Source: Takakia lepidozioides (taxonomy: Eukaryota > Plantae > Bryophyta). Taken from it: DNA of 64,000 nucleotides. A model generated the notes under the pieces. It searched no databases and had not been told where the DNA came from. It saw nothing but the letters and a program-made list of their open reading frames with translations. This document shows positions 46,461-59,542 of the stretch, piece after piece. Location: positions 12,152,001 through 12,216,000 of the forward strand of contig CM060731.1 in assembly GCA_030704615.1 (NCBI GenBank), written 5' to 3'. Each line of letters opens with the position of its first letter. Position 1 is the first letter of the stretch. A program made the translations under genes and the position numbers.

Positions 46461-48725
46461 ATGGCTGTGGAAGCACAGGGTCTCGCCGGAAAAATGCTGT
46501 GGAGGAAACTGGTATGACCCCAGTCAGCCTGGCTTGAAGGAAGGGCTTGACATCCCCCAGCCAACCTTATCAGTATCTTCTGCAACCTTTGATATCATTT
46601 ATGTGGTTTTCAAGTATACTATGCAGGTGTTCTGACCCTAAGGTCATGACTAGAGTTTTGACTCACGCAGGAGGGCAGGTTTCATCTGGGAGAACTGTTT
46701 GTCCGACCTCAAAATGGCAGCTGGGGTAAAGCCTCCTTCCGGCACTGCCATTTGGAAGGAGGGCCAACGGAGGGAGTCAAGAGGACTCTGTTTGGATCTC
46801 ATGTGGATGTGAGGACTCTGTCTAAGGAGGGAAGGCTGAAAGAGGTGCTGCACATTTTGGATCAAGGAGGCATCTTGGCAGAGTCCAAAACCTATGTGTG
46901 TCTCTTGCAGGGGTGTATCAACATGAGAGCCCTGGCAGAGGGAAAGCAGTTGCACGGCCACATTCTTCGAAGCAGATTCACTAGTGACAGAAGTGTGATG
47001 AACACCCTTATTACCATGTATGCCAAGTGTGGGCACCTACAGGATGCCCGTCGAGTGTTTGATGAAATGGTTACACGAGATGTTGTCTCATGGACTGCAA
47101 TGATTGCAGGATATGCCCAGCATGGGCATGGTGAAGAGGCTCTCAAACTCTATGAGCAAATGCGAGGGGAAGGAGTGTTGCCCAACAGGGTCACTTTCAT
47201 TTGTGTTCTGAATGGATGTGCAAGAATTGGAGCCCTGAAAAAGGGCAGGGAGGTCCATGCTGACATCGAGAAAGCTGGACTACAATCACATATTAATTTG
47301 GAGAATGCCCTTGTTGACATGTATGCCAAATGTGGGAGCGTGCTGGAAGCCCATGCCATGTTCAACAAGATGGCCACACGAGATGCGATCTCATGGAATG
47401 TGTTGATCGCAGGATATGCTCGAAGTGGGTATGGTGAAGAGGCTCTCAAAATCTATGATCAAATGCAAGGGAAAGGTGTGATCCCCAACAGGGTCACATT
47501 CATTTCTGTTCTCAATGCATGTGCCAGCCTAGGAAGTCTTGAAGAGGGCAAGCGGGTCCATTCTGACATCAAGAATGCAGGAATAGCATCTAATATTAAG
47601 TTGGAGAATACCCTTGTTGATATGTATGCCAAATGTGGCAGTTTACAGGATGCCCGGCAAGTGTTTAACAAAATGGCTCCACGGGATGTGGTCTCCTGGA
47701 ATGCAATGATCGCAGGATATGCTCAACATGGGCATAGTGAAGAGGCTCTCAAAGGCTATGGGCAAATGCAACAGGAAGGGGTGATGCCCAACAGAGTCAC
47801 TTTTGTTTGTGTTCTGAATGTGTGTGCTCGCCTTGGAGCTCTGACAAAGGGCAAGCAGGTCCATGCTGACATCAGGAAAGCCGGAATTGTGTCATATATT
47901 ATTTTGGAAAATACCCTGGTAGATATGTATGCCAAATGTGGGAACCTGCAGGATGCGAGGCAAGTTTTTGATAAAATGGCTATTCGGGATGTAGTCTCAT
48001 GGAGTGCGATGATTGCAGGATATGCTCAGCATGGGCATGGTGATGAGGCTCTCAACATCTTTGATAATATGCAACGGGAAGGGGTGATGCCCAACAGGGT
48101 TACGTTCATTTGCCTTGTCAGCGCGTGTGCAAGCCTTGGAGCCCTGGAAAAGGGCAAGAGGGTCCATGCAGACATCATTAAATCTGAAATAGGGTCATAT
48201 CTAAATTTGGATAATGCCCTTGTTGACATGTATGCCAAATGCGGGAGTGTAAATGATGCACGTCAAGTGTTTGACACAATGGTGAAGCGAGATGTGGTCT
48301 CATGGAATGGGATGATCGCAGGATATGCTCAGCACGGGTTTGGTACAGAGGCCCTCCAACTATATGAACAGATGCAACATGAAGGCTTTAAGCCAAATGC
48401 TGTCACCTTCACTTCTGTTCTCTCTGCATGCAGTCATATGGGCCTGGTAGATGAAGGCTGTCAGCACTATGATTCAATCAGTCGATATCATGGCCTCACA
48501 CCTACAGTGGAGCATTTTGGCTGCATGGTGGACCTTCTTGCCCGTGCAGGGTTGTTGGGAAAGGCAGAAGATTTCTTGAATAAAATGCCCATCAAACCAG
48601 ATGCTCCAGTGTGGGGGGCCTTGCTTGGTGCCTGCAGAATTTATGGCAACGTCGAGGCAGCAGAACGTGCTGCCAAAGTCATTATCAAATGGGATCCACA
48701 GCATGCTCCACTGAAACATTTGTGA
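46461..48725 (+). CDS. PLS-class PPR protein, 17 PPR motifs + E1, with E2-DYW lost
   Basis: Uninterrupted ORF with L-S-(P-L-S)x4-P2-L2-S2-E1 (MYAKCG, VVSWNAMIAGYAQHG, WGALLGACRIYGN). The predicted first exon 46461-46511 (MAVEAQGLAGKMLWRKL) splices in phase to 46671. The ORF ends PQHAPLKHL*. Confidence 0.9.
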
Positions 48726-49065
48726 TGTGGCTGGCACGTGAAACAACAAAGCAGAGGTGAGAGAAATGATGGCGGACAGCGGTGTCGGAAAGGCAGGCTG
48801 ATGCTGCACTCAAACTATATGATGTGGTTGGCACGTGAAACAACAAAGGAGAGGTGAGAGAAATGACGGTGGACAGAGGTGTTAGAAAGGCAGGCTGACG
48901 AGATGCATAGTCATCGTTAACAAAAACGTATACCCCAAACTGACATCCATGCAAATTGTCAGGGCAGATGAAGGGTACATACCTGAGATGCGCTTTGAAC
49001 AACATAATCTGGAGATAAAGGAATTTTCTGCTTGCCACCCAAGTGAGAAGCTGGCCATTGCTTAT
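48703..49065 (+). pseudogene. Decayed E2-DYW tail of the PPR gene, with a ~97-bp tandem duplication
   Basis: Two copies of VAGT*NNKAEVREMMADSGV.K, then fragments EMHS..., GQMK, GYIP.MRF and CHPSEKLAIAY. The CxxC/DYW end is missing. Confidence 0.85.
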
Positions 49066-49079
49066 CCCTGTTTGAGTTG

Positions 49080-50280
49080 GCGTCTTCCCTAAAGTTGGTT
49101 GAAGTGCGTCCTTTTGGTGGCTTGCTCCTGAACAAGCATCCCCATACCATTGCTTCAAACTACTGAAGACTTCTCCCATGTGTGCCCCAATTTCTTTTCT
49201 TGGTAAGGCATCAACTGTTGCCCACACCATTCGAGTACCTTTAGAAGCCTGAAGACTTGCCAATTTATAGGAGATGAGGCAAAGGTTCCCAACGATTGAT
49301 ATATCCTTGGCAATGGAATGGCAGTTTCACACAATTATCCAAGGGTACAACATGTAGTGCACTGGCATAGAATCTTACAAGAACAGTGGGAAGTCAACAT
49401 AAAAAGAGGTGCAATGACAGGAGAGCACTAAAGTAGGCTTGACTTTATGGTGTTTATGTCTGTATCTGCCACTTTGAATAGCTCGTCCTGTGGTTTTGTA
49501 CTTCCAAACCAGTGTCACTTTCCTTGGTTGCAACCCAGTAAGCAGTACTATTAAAATGTTACTTATCTTGAGAAATGTTTGTTTGCTGTATTGTCTATCC
49601 AGGGATTCTATAGTCTTCGTCACTTCTTGCACTACTGCCATCAGTGCAACGTCTCTCTTCTGTCTGCTTTGAGCCGCAATTGCCCCTGTTTGGGGAAGGG
49701 GGTCACAGGGCAGGGAAGCGACAATTATGTGACCTTGGAGCCAAGGGGTGTCAGAGGATCAGGCACTCAGAAGAAGGCATTGTGGGGATGAGAGGATCTG
49801 TCTCAGAGGGTTGGATACTCTGTGGAACACTTAAGGGGATCACAGGGGAAACACAGGGAAAGACAAAAGCGACACCAACGCTGTGATGGGCACTGCTGGA
49901 AGTGAAGGGATTCTTGTTTCTGTTTCTTCCCAAGGGGGGTCAGATCAGAGCTGTACTGACAAGGAACCCTCGCGTTCATGTCCACATGCATCCTATTTCT
50001 CCACAATTTCACCACCCACAGGACCTCACTGACCTCTCGCTTTCTCTTGTCCAACATCTTTTTATGTAAAGCCACCAATAGGTTCCTTCGCATATCCATT
50101 GGCAAAAGGGAGGGAATGAGCGTTTTATTGGCTCCTCTTTATTATCAAGAGGAGACCCAGCATCAGTGTCAAAAATCGCTAAGACCCTGTTGTGCCTTCC
50201 CCAGGTGTCACCTCCTCTCCTTTGTTGAAAGCTACTTCATAAAGTACCTCCAGGTAACACCTTCCTCCAGGTAACATCTG
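49080..50280 (-). mobile_element. Degenerate LINE-like (RT/zf-RVT 3' region) remnant
   Basis: Broken Trp-rich frames (LWVVKLWRNR...CQY...ESLHF..QCP) that replace the end of the DYW domain. Confidence 0.3.
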
Positions 50281-50627
50281 TCTTATTGAACAGTTTATGA
50301 AGAATAAACGGATGAAATTTTAGTTTATTATGGATGAAAGTGGATTTCGCTATTCACAAAGAGGAGCCATATGCCACTAGCCGCTTGTTATTAGATTCGG
50401 ACATGAGAAAGTTAGCATACCTATAGGATTGATGGATTTTATAGGTTCGGCACCTATAAGGTTGGCTTTGAATGTAGGTTCGGATTGGGGTAGGAAATAG
50501 GCTTGGGCTTAGTTTTCCGACAAACCACACATACATAGTGTAATGTGAGCACTACATGATCCGGAACCTAATTCGGATTCAAAGAATATAGGAAAGCAAA
50601 TGTCCATATGTATAAACTAATGTGATC

Positions 50628-50875
50628 ATATATATATATATAATAAATTTAGGAGGGAAACACCTGGGAGCGACAGCTCACCCCCTTAATTATAGTGAGA
50701 GGAAAAAATAACCTCTTTTGGAGTAACCTTGGCGTGAAGGCTTTCGTATGGGCACCCAAGGGAAGGGGGTCCTTGGGCGGTGTCCCATGCCACAGCCATC
50801 AAGGTAGTAGGATTTGACCCCAGAATCATCTGGGTGGCACTAAGTGCACCATCCAACTAAGCTACCAACTGTTGG
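50628..50875 (-). mobile_element. tRNA-derived SINE
   Basis: The minus strand has an A box TAGCTTAGTTGG, a B box GGGTCAAATCC about 30 nt later, a ~200-nt body and a (TA)n tail at about 50628-50642. Confidence 0.55.
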
Positions 50876-51701
50876 TAAATTTTTGTATCTGAAAGGCAAA
50901 GTTTTATTCTTTTATGACTCTTGGAATCGGTGATGGCAGGTGTACTCCTTGCTTTTCCTCAACCTATTTCAAGGTCAGATTTGGAGTAACTGTCAAGTGT
51001 GAGCCTCATTGCAGCCCCTCTCTTTGGGCTTCTATGGAAATGCAACTGTGAATGGCTATATGATTCTGTTAATCCCTCGTGCCATGTCGAATGACTTTGC
51101 ATCGGATCTACAATGACTTACAGAGGGCAGCCTCATCTGTTCTCTCTCTAGATCTTTTCCAAAAAAAAAAAAAAATCCTAAATTGTGCTCAGATAATAAT
51201 CACTTTTAATTTTATGCTCACCCAAATTTTGGACAGCTCACCAGCTCACCCACTCACCACCTACCAACAGCCCAAATGGAGGTCTGACCTGGATCTGTCC
51301 ACAAGGGGGGGGTGCTTGGCAAAACTCTCCAGATTGCCTTAGCCTCCTCCAGTCCGACTTGAAACTTTCCTTTTGGTGTTTGCTGCGGCATACTTTCCAA
51401 TACATCACTTTGGAACCTCTTTTCTTGTTAGTTTCTGGGTGGTCCCAAGTGCCAACAATGAGCCCAGCGATGTAACCCTAATTTGCACTAACTATTTCTC
51501 ACCAGGTGTACGCAATTACCCCCATTGACTCCTAACATATCCCCTCAAATGCTTAAAACAAAATCCTTCCAAAACGTCTACCTACAATTTCTCATTTCCA
51601 GAGGAATACCGTGATGCTGTGTTTATCTTGTTGACAACCCTGTAAAAACAGAATTTAGATTGCTATCACAGCAAACAGTAAACTCTGAAATGACACCTTA
51701 A

Positions 51702-54700
51702 CTAGGGACTGACTATTGTGAGCTTCTTATCATTGCGCAGCCGCTTTCTCTGTTCTCTCTGTTCAACTGTGTACTGTCTTTTTGAGAGTAGATTCTTCAT
51801 GGCCAGCTCAGCAGCTTCTGTGGCTGCCGCCACTGCCGCCAAGGCTGCTGCATCTGCTGGATGGCCTTGTAGCGTGCTCAGTAACAGCTCACCCCCAGGC
51901 ACATCGCTGTCATCTACCAGAAGGCAATTTTTCACCACCCAAATACGAGTAACAGCAGCTGCTGCGATAGCCTGTGCCTGCCTCTGTGCTGCAGCAACAG
52001 CCTCTGCTGTAATTGCCTCATCACCCATCTCCACTGTTTCCGCAGCCCCAGACACCAACCAGAGATTCCCAGTTGTATCGAACGCCAAACTTGTTGGTGG
52101 AGCATGCCCAGACCAAACCAGTTTCTACCACATATCCATGGGCGATAACACTTTCAGATCCAAGCATTCTTAAAGAGGGCGACTCTTGCTTGTCACAGCA
52201 CAAACCATAAGGTGACACTAGTTCTCCAGAAGTTATCTTCCAAGATGTCAAGCTTTGGTTCCTAGTTATAAAGATTTGGAGAATTTGCACAGGATAAACA
52301 CTAGTATGAACAAGTCCCTGCAAGCATGACATAAGGGCGCATTCAATGTGCCTCAAGGGACATTCATGAATTGCTCCTCTATATTTAACAATTCAATGCA
52401 AATAATGTAGAAACTGCAGTTGCAAAGCTCTACCACTACGACTCACCTGGAGCAAGCAGAGTTGCTTCTCCACCACATTACAAGTTAATAGCAGCACCCC
52501 CTCTAATCTGCAGCATCCCATCCACATTTTCACTTCTTGAGCTGTCCACCAGGGTGTGAAGTTCCCTGTGTAACAATAACTTGATCTCAAAAGCTTCAGT
52601 TTTGATCTGAGACCGATCTACCTCGCAAAACCAGTTTGAATTTCAAGGTTGGTGAAACAGTCACTAATCCTTCAGACAGGTTTCCAACCAGAGATATCTA
52701 CTTGTTCAGTCAGAGGTGTCATGCCATCACCACCAACAAGAACAGAAGCCAATCCTAATCTTTTAAGAAAATCATCAACATATACAGCACTAGTACTTGA
52801 ACTCCCTCGTCTCGGATTAGATTACTGCAGACACCAGAAAGTCACGTCTGAATTCAGGGTTCGTGTCCCGGTTGGGCTCATGTATTATTTCCGGGATATA
52901 TAACTTCTGGAGAAGCCCTTTTTCCTCTCGTCCCAATTTGTCCCATTGTAGTTGTAAGGTGTTCGGTTTTTTCAGGTGGCTCCTCAGCCAGGTCAAACTA
53001 TGCTTTCTTCAGGTTACAATGCAAAGGCAGCGCAGATGAACTGAAGAAATTGACAACAAATGAGTGAAAAATCAGAGTGGCACCTTTCCATAGTTGCAGC
53101 TACCAAAGAGGTAGAGCAGGAGACTGCAAGCCCTACAACAGCACTAGAGGTGTTGCTCTGATTGCCTACTCCTGCCTTCACCAACATAACACCACCACCT
53201 TTAGCTCTTGTCAGGAATGGCTCATCCTTTTCTACTCATTTTCAAATGCCTGCAACACCTGCTGATGTCGAAGTCACGTAGATTGAAGCATGATGGTAAT
53301 GAGATAGTGAGAAGAAATACACACACCTCCACTGTGTCAAATGTATCCAAAAGTGTTCCTGTTTCATACTCCCACAACCGCAGCTGACATAGGACCACTT
53401 CAACATCAATATATCACTACATATTTCAAGAGCAGAAAAGAAGTGAAGTTACAATCCACACACTCTCAATGTTGACCATCAACTATCCTTCAATTTAGTG
53501 CAACAGGGACTGGGAAAAAAGAACTCACTGAAGTATCACCACCTCCTGAAATCAGCAGCCCTTGAGCACCTACAAATGCAATGCAAGACACAAAGCTGCT
53601 TCGACTGTGTGAAAACCTGTTTAACTTACTCAACCTTCCCACTCCTACAACCAGGAGGGCAGACAACAAATCAACAGCTCATCGTACCATAAGACTTCCC
53701 ATGAATCACATGCACATGCCTTTTCCCAATGCACATCAAACAGACACATCATGCCAAAAAAGGTTGGAGGAAGTACTTGGTGTGGCCAAGGCAATAACTA
53801 TGGATTTCATGTGCCCCTTCTAGAGGTCTTTTTGGAAACATGGTCACCTGCAAATACAAGGCAAAGGCATGTCAGAGCTACTGCATAGTAAAGACTCTGA
53901 AAACCTGCATCAAATTTAAGAGATGTCCTACCCATCCATGCCAGTCTGGAGTAAACTCAAGATTCGTACATGCAAGGTCACCAAATACAAAAAGTTGTCT
54001 GAACTTAATGAGGGTCACTCATTAGGGGTGTCAAACTATCAGCATCATGCATGCCACTGGCAAGCTGCTACAACTCTCCACTGACTACAACAGCTTCCGA
54101 TAGCACACATGAATTACCTTCCACGCATAAGCAAGGGGACATGTTTCCTCACACTGAGTATCAGTTAAGGGTCTGGACTTAGTGGGAGAGCTCAGCCATG
54201 ATGCTGGTTAGCACTCAAGAGGGAGAGAAAATCGAACTTTTTTGAGAAGTTTTTGCATTCAAGAAAATACCCTTGTAAATACCAACGTGAGAATTTCTCA
54301 ACAGAAGAAACCTAATGACCACAAGTCCCAGTAGGGGCCTCCACCCTGAGCACATCAAGACAAATTCTGACATCTACAAAACAGACAGAAATACGAGAGC
54401 AACCGAGATCTCACACGAATCTTGAAGTCACGATCTGACGTGACCAGATATTTGCCACTTGGGGAGCAACCCTGCAATTCCACATTCTTACATTAGTGGC
54501 AGGGGCAGTACTTTGGTCTCCACACACAATCAGCATCACAAATATGAAGCAGCAGAAGGACAACATGAGACAGGTTGTGGCTGGACAGAGCTGAAATGTG
54601 CATCCACCCTTGCAGTCATGGCCTGCTATGATTTATATTCTAGAGGGTGAGTTGCCACAATGGGAACAAGAAGTTTACCAGGCCAGTGATAATGCTGCAA

Positions 54701-55921
54701 CAATGAGCCAGTATGGGGATTGGCTCATCGGCCGTATGATCTGGTGCAGTGGGCAACACATACACAATTCCAAACTTGTCGGCGACCATGAGCCATGCAC
54801 TATCATGGCTAAATGCGACAGCACTCACTTTCTTGGTCAGACATCTGCATCCACTTGTTCCAAATCAGCATGCTAACAACTTCACTAGCATCCTGAAAAA
54901 GCAACCTACTTAGGCATTGAGTTTAAAGACCAACATACAGCAAAGTAGAGAGGGGAGGACAAATTCGCACATGGTCTTGATGCAGCCCCAAGTGGTAGCA
55001 TCCCACAGTTTGACCCGCTTGTCGTCACCTACTGACGCAAATAGGGAACCACGCAGATCAAATGCCATTGCACGTATCGTATTGCCATGTCCCTCAGGTG
55101 ATGTTCCATCCTTCACCTCCACTGGCACCTGCTTGCTGCACACCCACCATGCAGATATTCAGCACACATCTCGCTACCTTGCACCACTCGGTGTGTCCTT
55201 TCCACCCTCCTATGACAACTGCGCAATCAATGCCCCACCCATGTGCACACCAGATTCTAAAGCAGCTTACGCATCCACAAAAGGTGCTCGTGGAGGCCAA
55301 TTTGACTCGGGAGTCTTGAGTGCTGAACTGATTAACTAAGGGTATCGGGCAGCTTGCCTACAGCTGCCTGTTCCCGAGTCAAACGATTAGGGAGTTCATG
55401 ACTTCCAAGTTCCAACCATTGTCGCCTCCTAGCCGCAAGAACCGTCATAAACGAAAGCCCAATTGCTCAAGCAAAGCATGCCTGTATACAGAATTGACGC
55501 ACACATCATTTCTAAGCTTGTTTGGAGAATAACGCAAGCCCATTGCATCCCTCATCTTCCATCTCTCTTACCCAAACCGGTAGCACAGATCAAAATAAAT
55601 CAAGGTAACGTACGTAAAGTGCTCTCCCACGCAACCTCAAAACAACCGCATTCCAATCACAGGACTGGGGGGGGGGGGGGAACCGCCTATGCCGAGCCAA
55701 GATGATGATATGCCCCATTTTCCTGTAACGACCAGGTGACGACGCATGCAAATGCACAAAATATGACCGGTGAGAGGTAAAGCATCATACACGAGTTGAA
55801 AGATGCGAAGGGCTGCACCCACAGCCACCACAACAGATGAGTCGTCAGGATGCACAGCTATCAAAGCAGGTGCCATGGACTTCGGCGCTTTCTCCCTTTC
55901 TTCTGCTACGATCCCTGCCAT
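51702..55921 (-). CDS. WDR4: tRNA (guanine-N7) methyltransferase non-catalytic WD40 subunit
   Basis: Reads APALIAVHP...|HGNTIRAMAF...FASVGDDKRVKLWD|KKVSAVAFS...VADKFGIV...ILAHCCSIITGL|GCSPSGKYLVTSDRDFKIR|VTMFPK.PL.GAHEIHSYCLGHT|FVSCIAF...LISGGGDTS|LRLWE...KRQYTVEQREQRKRLRNDK, the plant TRM82 signature. Confidence 0.92.
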
Positions 55922-55969
55922 AGCTTCCAGACCTCTGGAGGCCTTCTGTTCCTCTTACCTCTGCTCTCC

Positions 55970-55983
55970 AAACCCTAAACCCT
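55970..55983. promoter_or_regulatory. Telo-box (AAACCCTA) about 50 bp upstream of the WDR4/TRM82 ATG
   Basis: AAACCCTAAACCCT, a motif typical of plant translation and RNA-processing gene promoters. Confidence 0.6.
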
Positions 55984-57010
55984 GACCCTCAATGCTAATA
56001 TAGTGATGGATACAACTCTCTGTTGTGAAATTTTAGTGTAAAGTATGATAAACAGTACACCCAACTGAGCCCATCGTTGATTGAGAGAGTACAATTGAAC
56101 CCAAAAAATTTCTGCATGTGATCCTCTGTTCTTCTTCGTCGTGGTAGCAGCTTCAGCTGCGCTTACCAAAGATGCCGGAGTGCTCCTGCTCCGGCGCTCT
56201 TCTGAGCGTGCAGGTAGAAGTTGTACACAAGTCCGTGTCTGCTTCATGCGGTGAGCAGAGAGGAGGCCTCACATCTGGCAGCAGATTAACGCGCCGGGTT
56301 GTGGAGCTGAAATGGTCATCCAATGTGACAATGCCGGGCTGCTCATCCTGGCAAGCGAGGATTATGACGCATCCCCAGCCTCCAAGGGAACTCCAGAAAG
56401 GTATAGACATGTAAGTTTCGGAGCGTCCTTGACACCTCCACCACTTCTGGAATTCGTTCCTTGCATAAGCAACAAAAGAAAAATTGCTCCATGGGAAGCT
56501 CAAAGAGCTGCAGGGGGAGAAAGACGACATAACGGGAACAGGAGAGAGGGAGGCAGAATGTACATGAACATTCCTGAGATAGGTCTATATCAGGTAGGAG
56601 CTGCTCAATTCCTATGTCTAAGCACTAGTACTTCACCGGAGTGAATGAGACAAGTCGAATCAGGCAAAGTGAAACTCGCGTTGTTGCGGTTCTTGCACGC
56701 AGGTCAAGCAATGAGCATAGATTGTGTCTGGCACGAGTTCTTATCACAGGGGTGGGACAACAGGTCTGATAAGGTGAGTCTATCTTCATTTAGGATGTGA
56801 AAGAACTTGACAGAAGGAATTATGGCTGAAGCTGGCATGATGATGTTTTGTGGACTGGATCCAGTTTCTGAATCTAGTGACTGCTTTTCCATTCGCTGGT
56901 AGAAAACACCAAAAGCGGTTCTTACTGTTTCTGTCAGTAGGTTGTCTAGTTGCTCTCTCTTGGACTAGGGAAGGCTGTTGTTGAAGCTATGGTGGCTCAG
57001 CTGGCCGCCC

Positions 57011-59542
57011 ATGGTTTTTGCAGAGAAGTCTAGGATCACCAGACTTCAGTCATGAGAACGCCAGGAAGGTCGTCTGGCTTGAGGGTCGGTCAGCACCGCC
57101 AGCATCACCACTGCTTTTGAAAGAAGATCAAGAGAGGGAGTCAACAACCACTCTTCAGGCACTTGTGCAGATGTGAAGACACTATGTAAGGCAGGGCAAC
57201 TGCAAAAAGCGCTACACATTCTGAATAACCGAGAAATGAAGGCAGACTGCAAGACATATTTCTCTGTCTTGCAGGAGTGCATCAGCATGAAAAGGCTCGA
57301 AGAGGGAAAGCAGGTGCATGCCCACATTGTCTGCAGTGGATTCAAACCAAACATCTTTCTTTTCAACACCCTGTCAAAATGTATGCAAAGTGTGGGAATG
57401 TGGTGGATGCACGTCAATTGTTTGACAAAATGCCTGGGCGAGATATGTTCACGTGGACTATAATGATTGCAGGATATGCTCAGCATGGATGTGGTGGGGA
57501 GGCTTACGAGATCTATGAACAAATGCAACGGGAAGGAGTGACGCCCGATATGGTCACATTCACTTGCATTCTTAATGTCTGCGCAAGCCTAGGAGCCCTG
57601 GAGAAAGGGAAACAAGTCCATGCTAAAATCATCAAAGCTGGAATTGCGCCAGATATCATTCTAGAGACTGCCCTTGCTGACATGTATGCCAAATGTGGGA
57701 GCGTGAAGGATGTATGTGAAGTGTTCGAGAACATGGCTACACGAAATTTGGTGTCATGGAGCACAATGATCGCAGGATATGCTCAGTATGGGTGTGGTAG
57801 GGAGGCTTTGGGGATTTATGAGCAAATGATACAGGAGGGGGTGAAGCCTGACAAGATCACATTCATTTCTGTTCTTAATGCATGCGGCAGCCTAGGAGCC
57901 TTGACAAAGGGCCGAGATGTCCATGCTGACATTGTTAGTGCTGGAATTGTGCCAGATATCATTCTGGAGACTGCCCTTGCTGATATGTATGCCAAATGCG
58001 GAAGTGTAAAGGATGCACGCCAAGTTTTTGACAATATGGCTCAACAGGATGTGGTCTCATGGAGTGCAATGATCACAGGTTATGCTCAGCATGGGTGTGG
58101 TAGGGAGGCTTTGGAGATCTATGAGCAAATGATACGTGCAGGTGTGAACCCCAACCAGGTCACATTCATTTGTGTTCTGAATGCGTGTGCCAGCTTAGGA
58201 GCCCTGGAAAGAGGCAAAAGCAGTCCATGATAAAATCCTGAAAGCTTGAATTGGATTATACATAAATTTGGAGAATACCCTCATCGACATGTATGCCAAA
58301 TGCGGGAGCATCAAGGATGCATGTCAAGTATTTGACAATATGGTTAAACGAAATGTTGTCTCGTGGAGTGTGTGCGGGATATGTTCTGCATGGATGTAGT
58401 AGGGAGGCTTTGGAGATGTATGAGCAGCTGATACAGGAAGGGTTGACACCTGATAGTGTTGCATTCATTTGTGTTCTCAATGCCTGTGCCAGCCTGGCAG
58501 CCCTGGGAAAAGGCAAAGAGGTCCATGCTGATATTATCAAAACTGGAGGTGCAGCATATATTAATTTGGAAAATACCCTTGTCAATATGTATGCCAAATG
58601 TGGGAGTGTAGAGGATGCACGTCAAGTGTTTGATAATATGCCTGGAAGAGATGCGGTCTCATGGAATGCAATGATTGTAGGATATGCTCAGCATGGGTGT
58701 GGTACGGAGGTCATGCAACTATTTGAAAAAATGCAACAGGAAGGTTGGAAACCAGACAGTATCACCTTCATATCTCTTCTCCTGTGTGCAGTCATGTGGG
58801 CCTAGTAGATGAAGGCTTCATTCCATGAGTCAAGATCATGGCATCACTCCAGAAGTGGAGCATTTTGGCTGCATGGTGGATCTTTTTGGCCGTGCAGGGC
58901 GACTGGATGAGGCCGAAGGCTTCATTGACAAAATGCCAGTGGAACCAGATGCTTTGATGTGGGCCCTGCTTGGTGCCTCTAAAAATCATGGTGATGTGGA
59001 GCTAGCAGAACGTGCAGCAAAATACCTTCTGAAGTGGGATCACAGGATGCCACAACTTATGTATTGCTATCAAACATCTATGCTGCAGCCGGCAGGTGGG
59101 AAGATACAGCAAAGGTGAGATTCATGATGGAGGGCACAAGTGTCCAAAAGGAGCCAGGGCACAGCTGCATTGAGGTCCACGCCAGATGCATACATTCGGT
59201 TCAGAAGACAAATTGCATTGCAAATTTAGAAAGTCCATGCTGAGCTGTAGAGATTGTCTAGACAGATGAAGGAGGCAGGGTATCGGCATAACACACTTCA
59301 TATTGATTGATCTGGAGGAGCAAAAGAAATTCTTTTTTTATGACCTCAGTGAGAAACTGGGCTCATTAACATGACCCCTGGGATGCCTATACGTGTCCTA
59401 AAAAATCTTAGGGTGTGTGGTGATTGCCACCCTGCCACCAAGTTCAGCCCGAAGATTGTTGGGCTAGCAGGTGTTGTAAGGGATGCCAACTGCTTCCACC
59501 ACTTCCAAGACTGGGGTTTGTTCTTGTGGGAATCACTGGTGA
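57011..59542 (+). pseudogene. PLS-E-DYW PPR pseudogene
   Basis: The PPR array is split over ORFs 57173, 57277, 58293, 58825, 59034 and 59371 by frameshifts (~57372, 58220, 58370, 58780, 59040) and stops. The DYW has a deletion after SEKL, retains [10 protein letters not shown] and ends CSCGNHW*. Confidence 0.92.

Noticed and set aside
46892-48238. Repetitive antisense ORFs (MRASSPCPC...PHLAYMST)
   Set aside because: These are shadow frames of the PPR repeats on the opposite strand. The same holds for most short ORFs in the track, which overlap introns or real exons.
59371-59542. U-to-C type (DYW:KP/GRP) editing domain
   Set aside because: The remnants follow the canonical C-to-U DYW consensus ([14 protein letters not shown], RDANxFHHF). 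The NHW ending is pseudogene drift.
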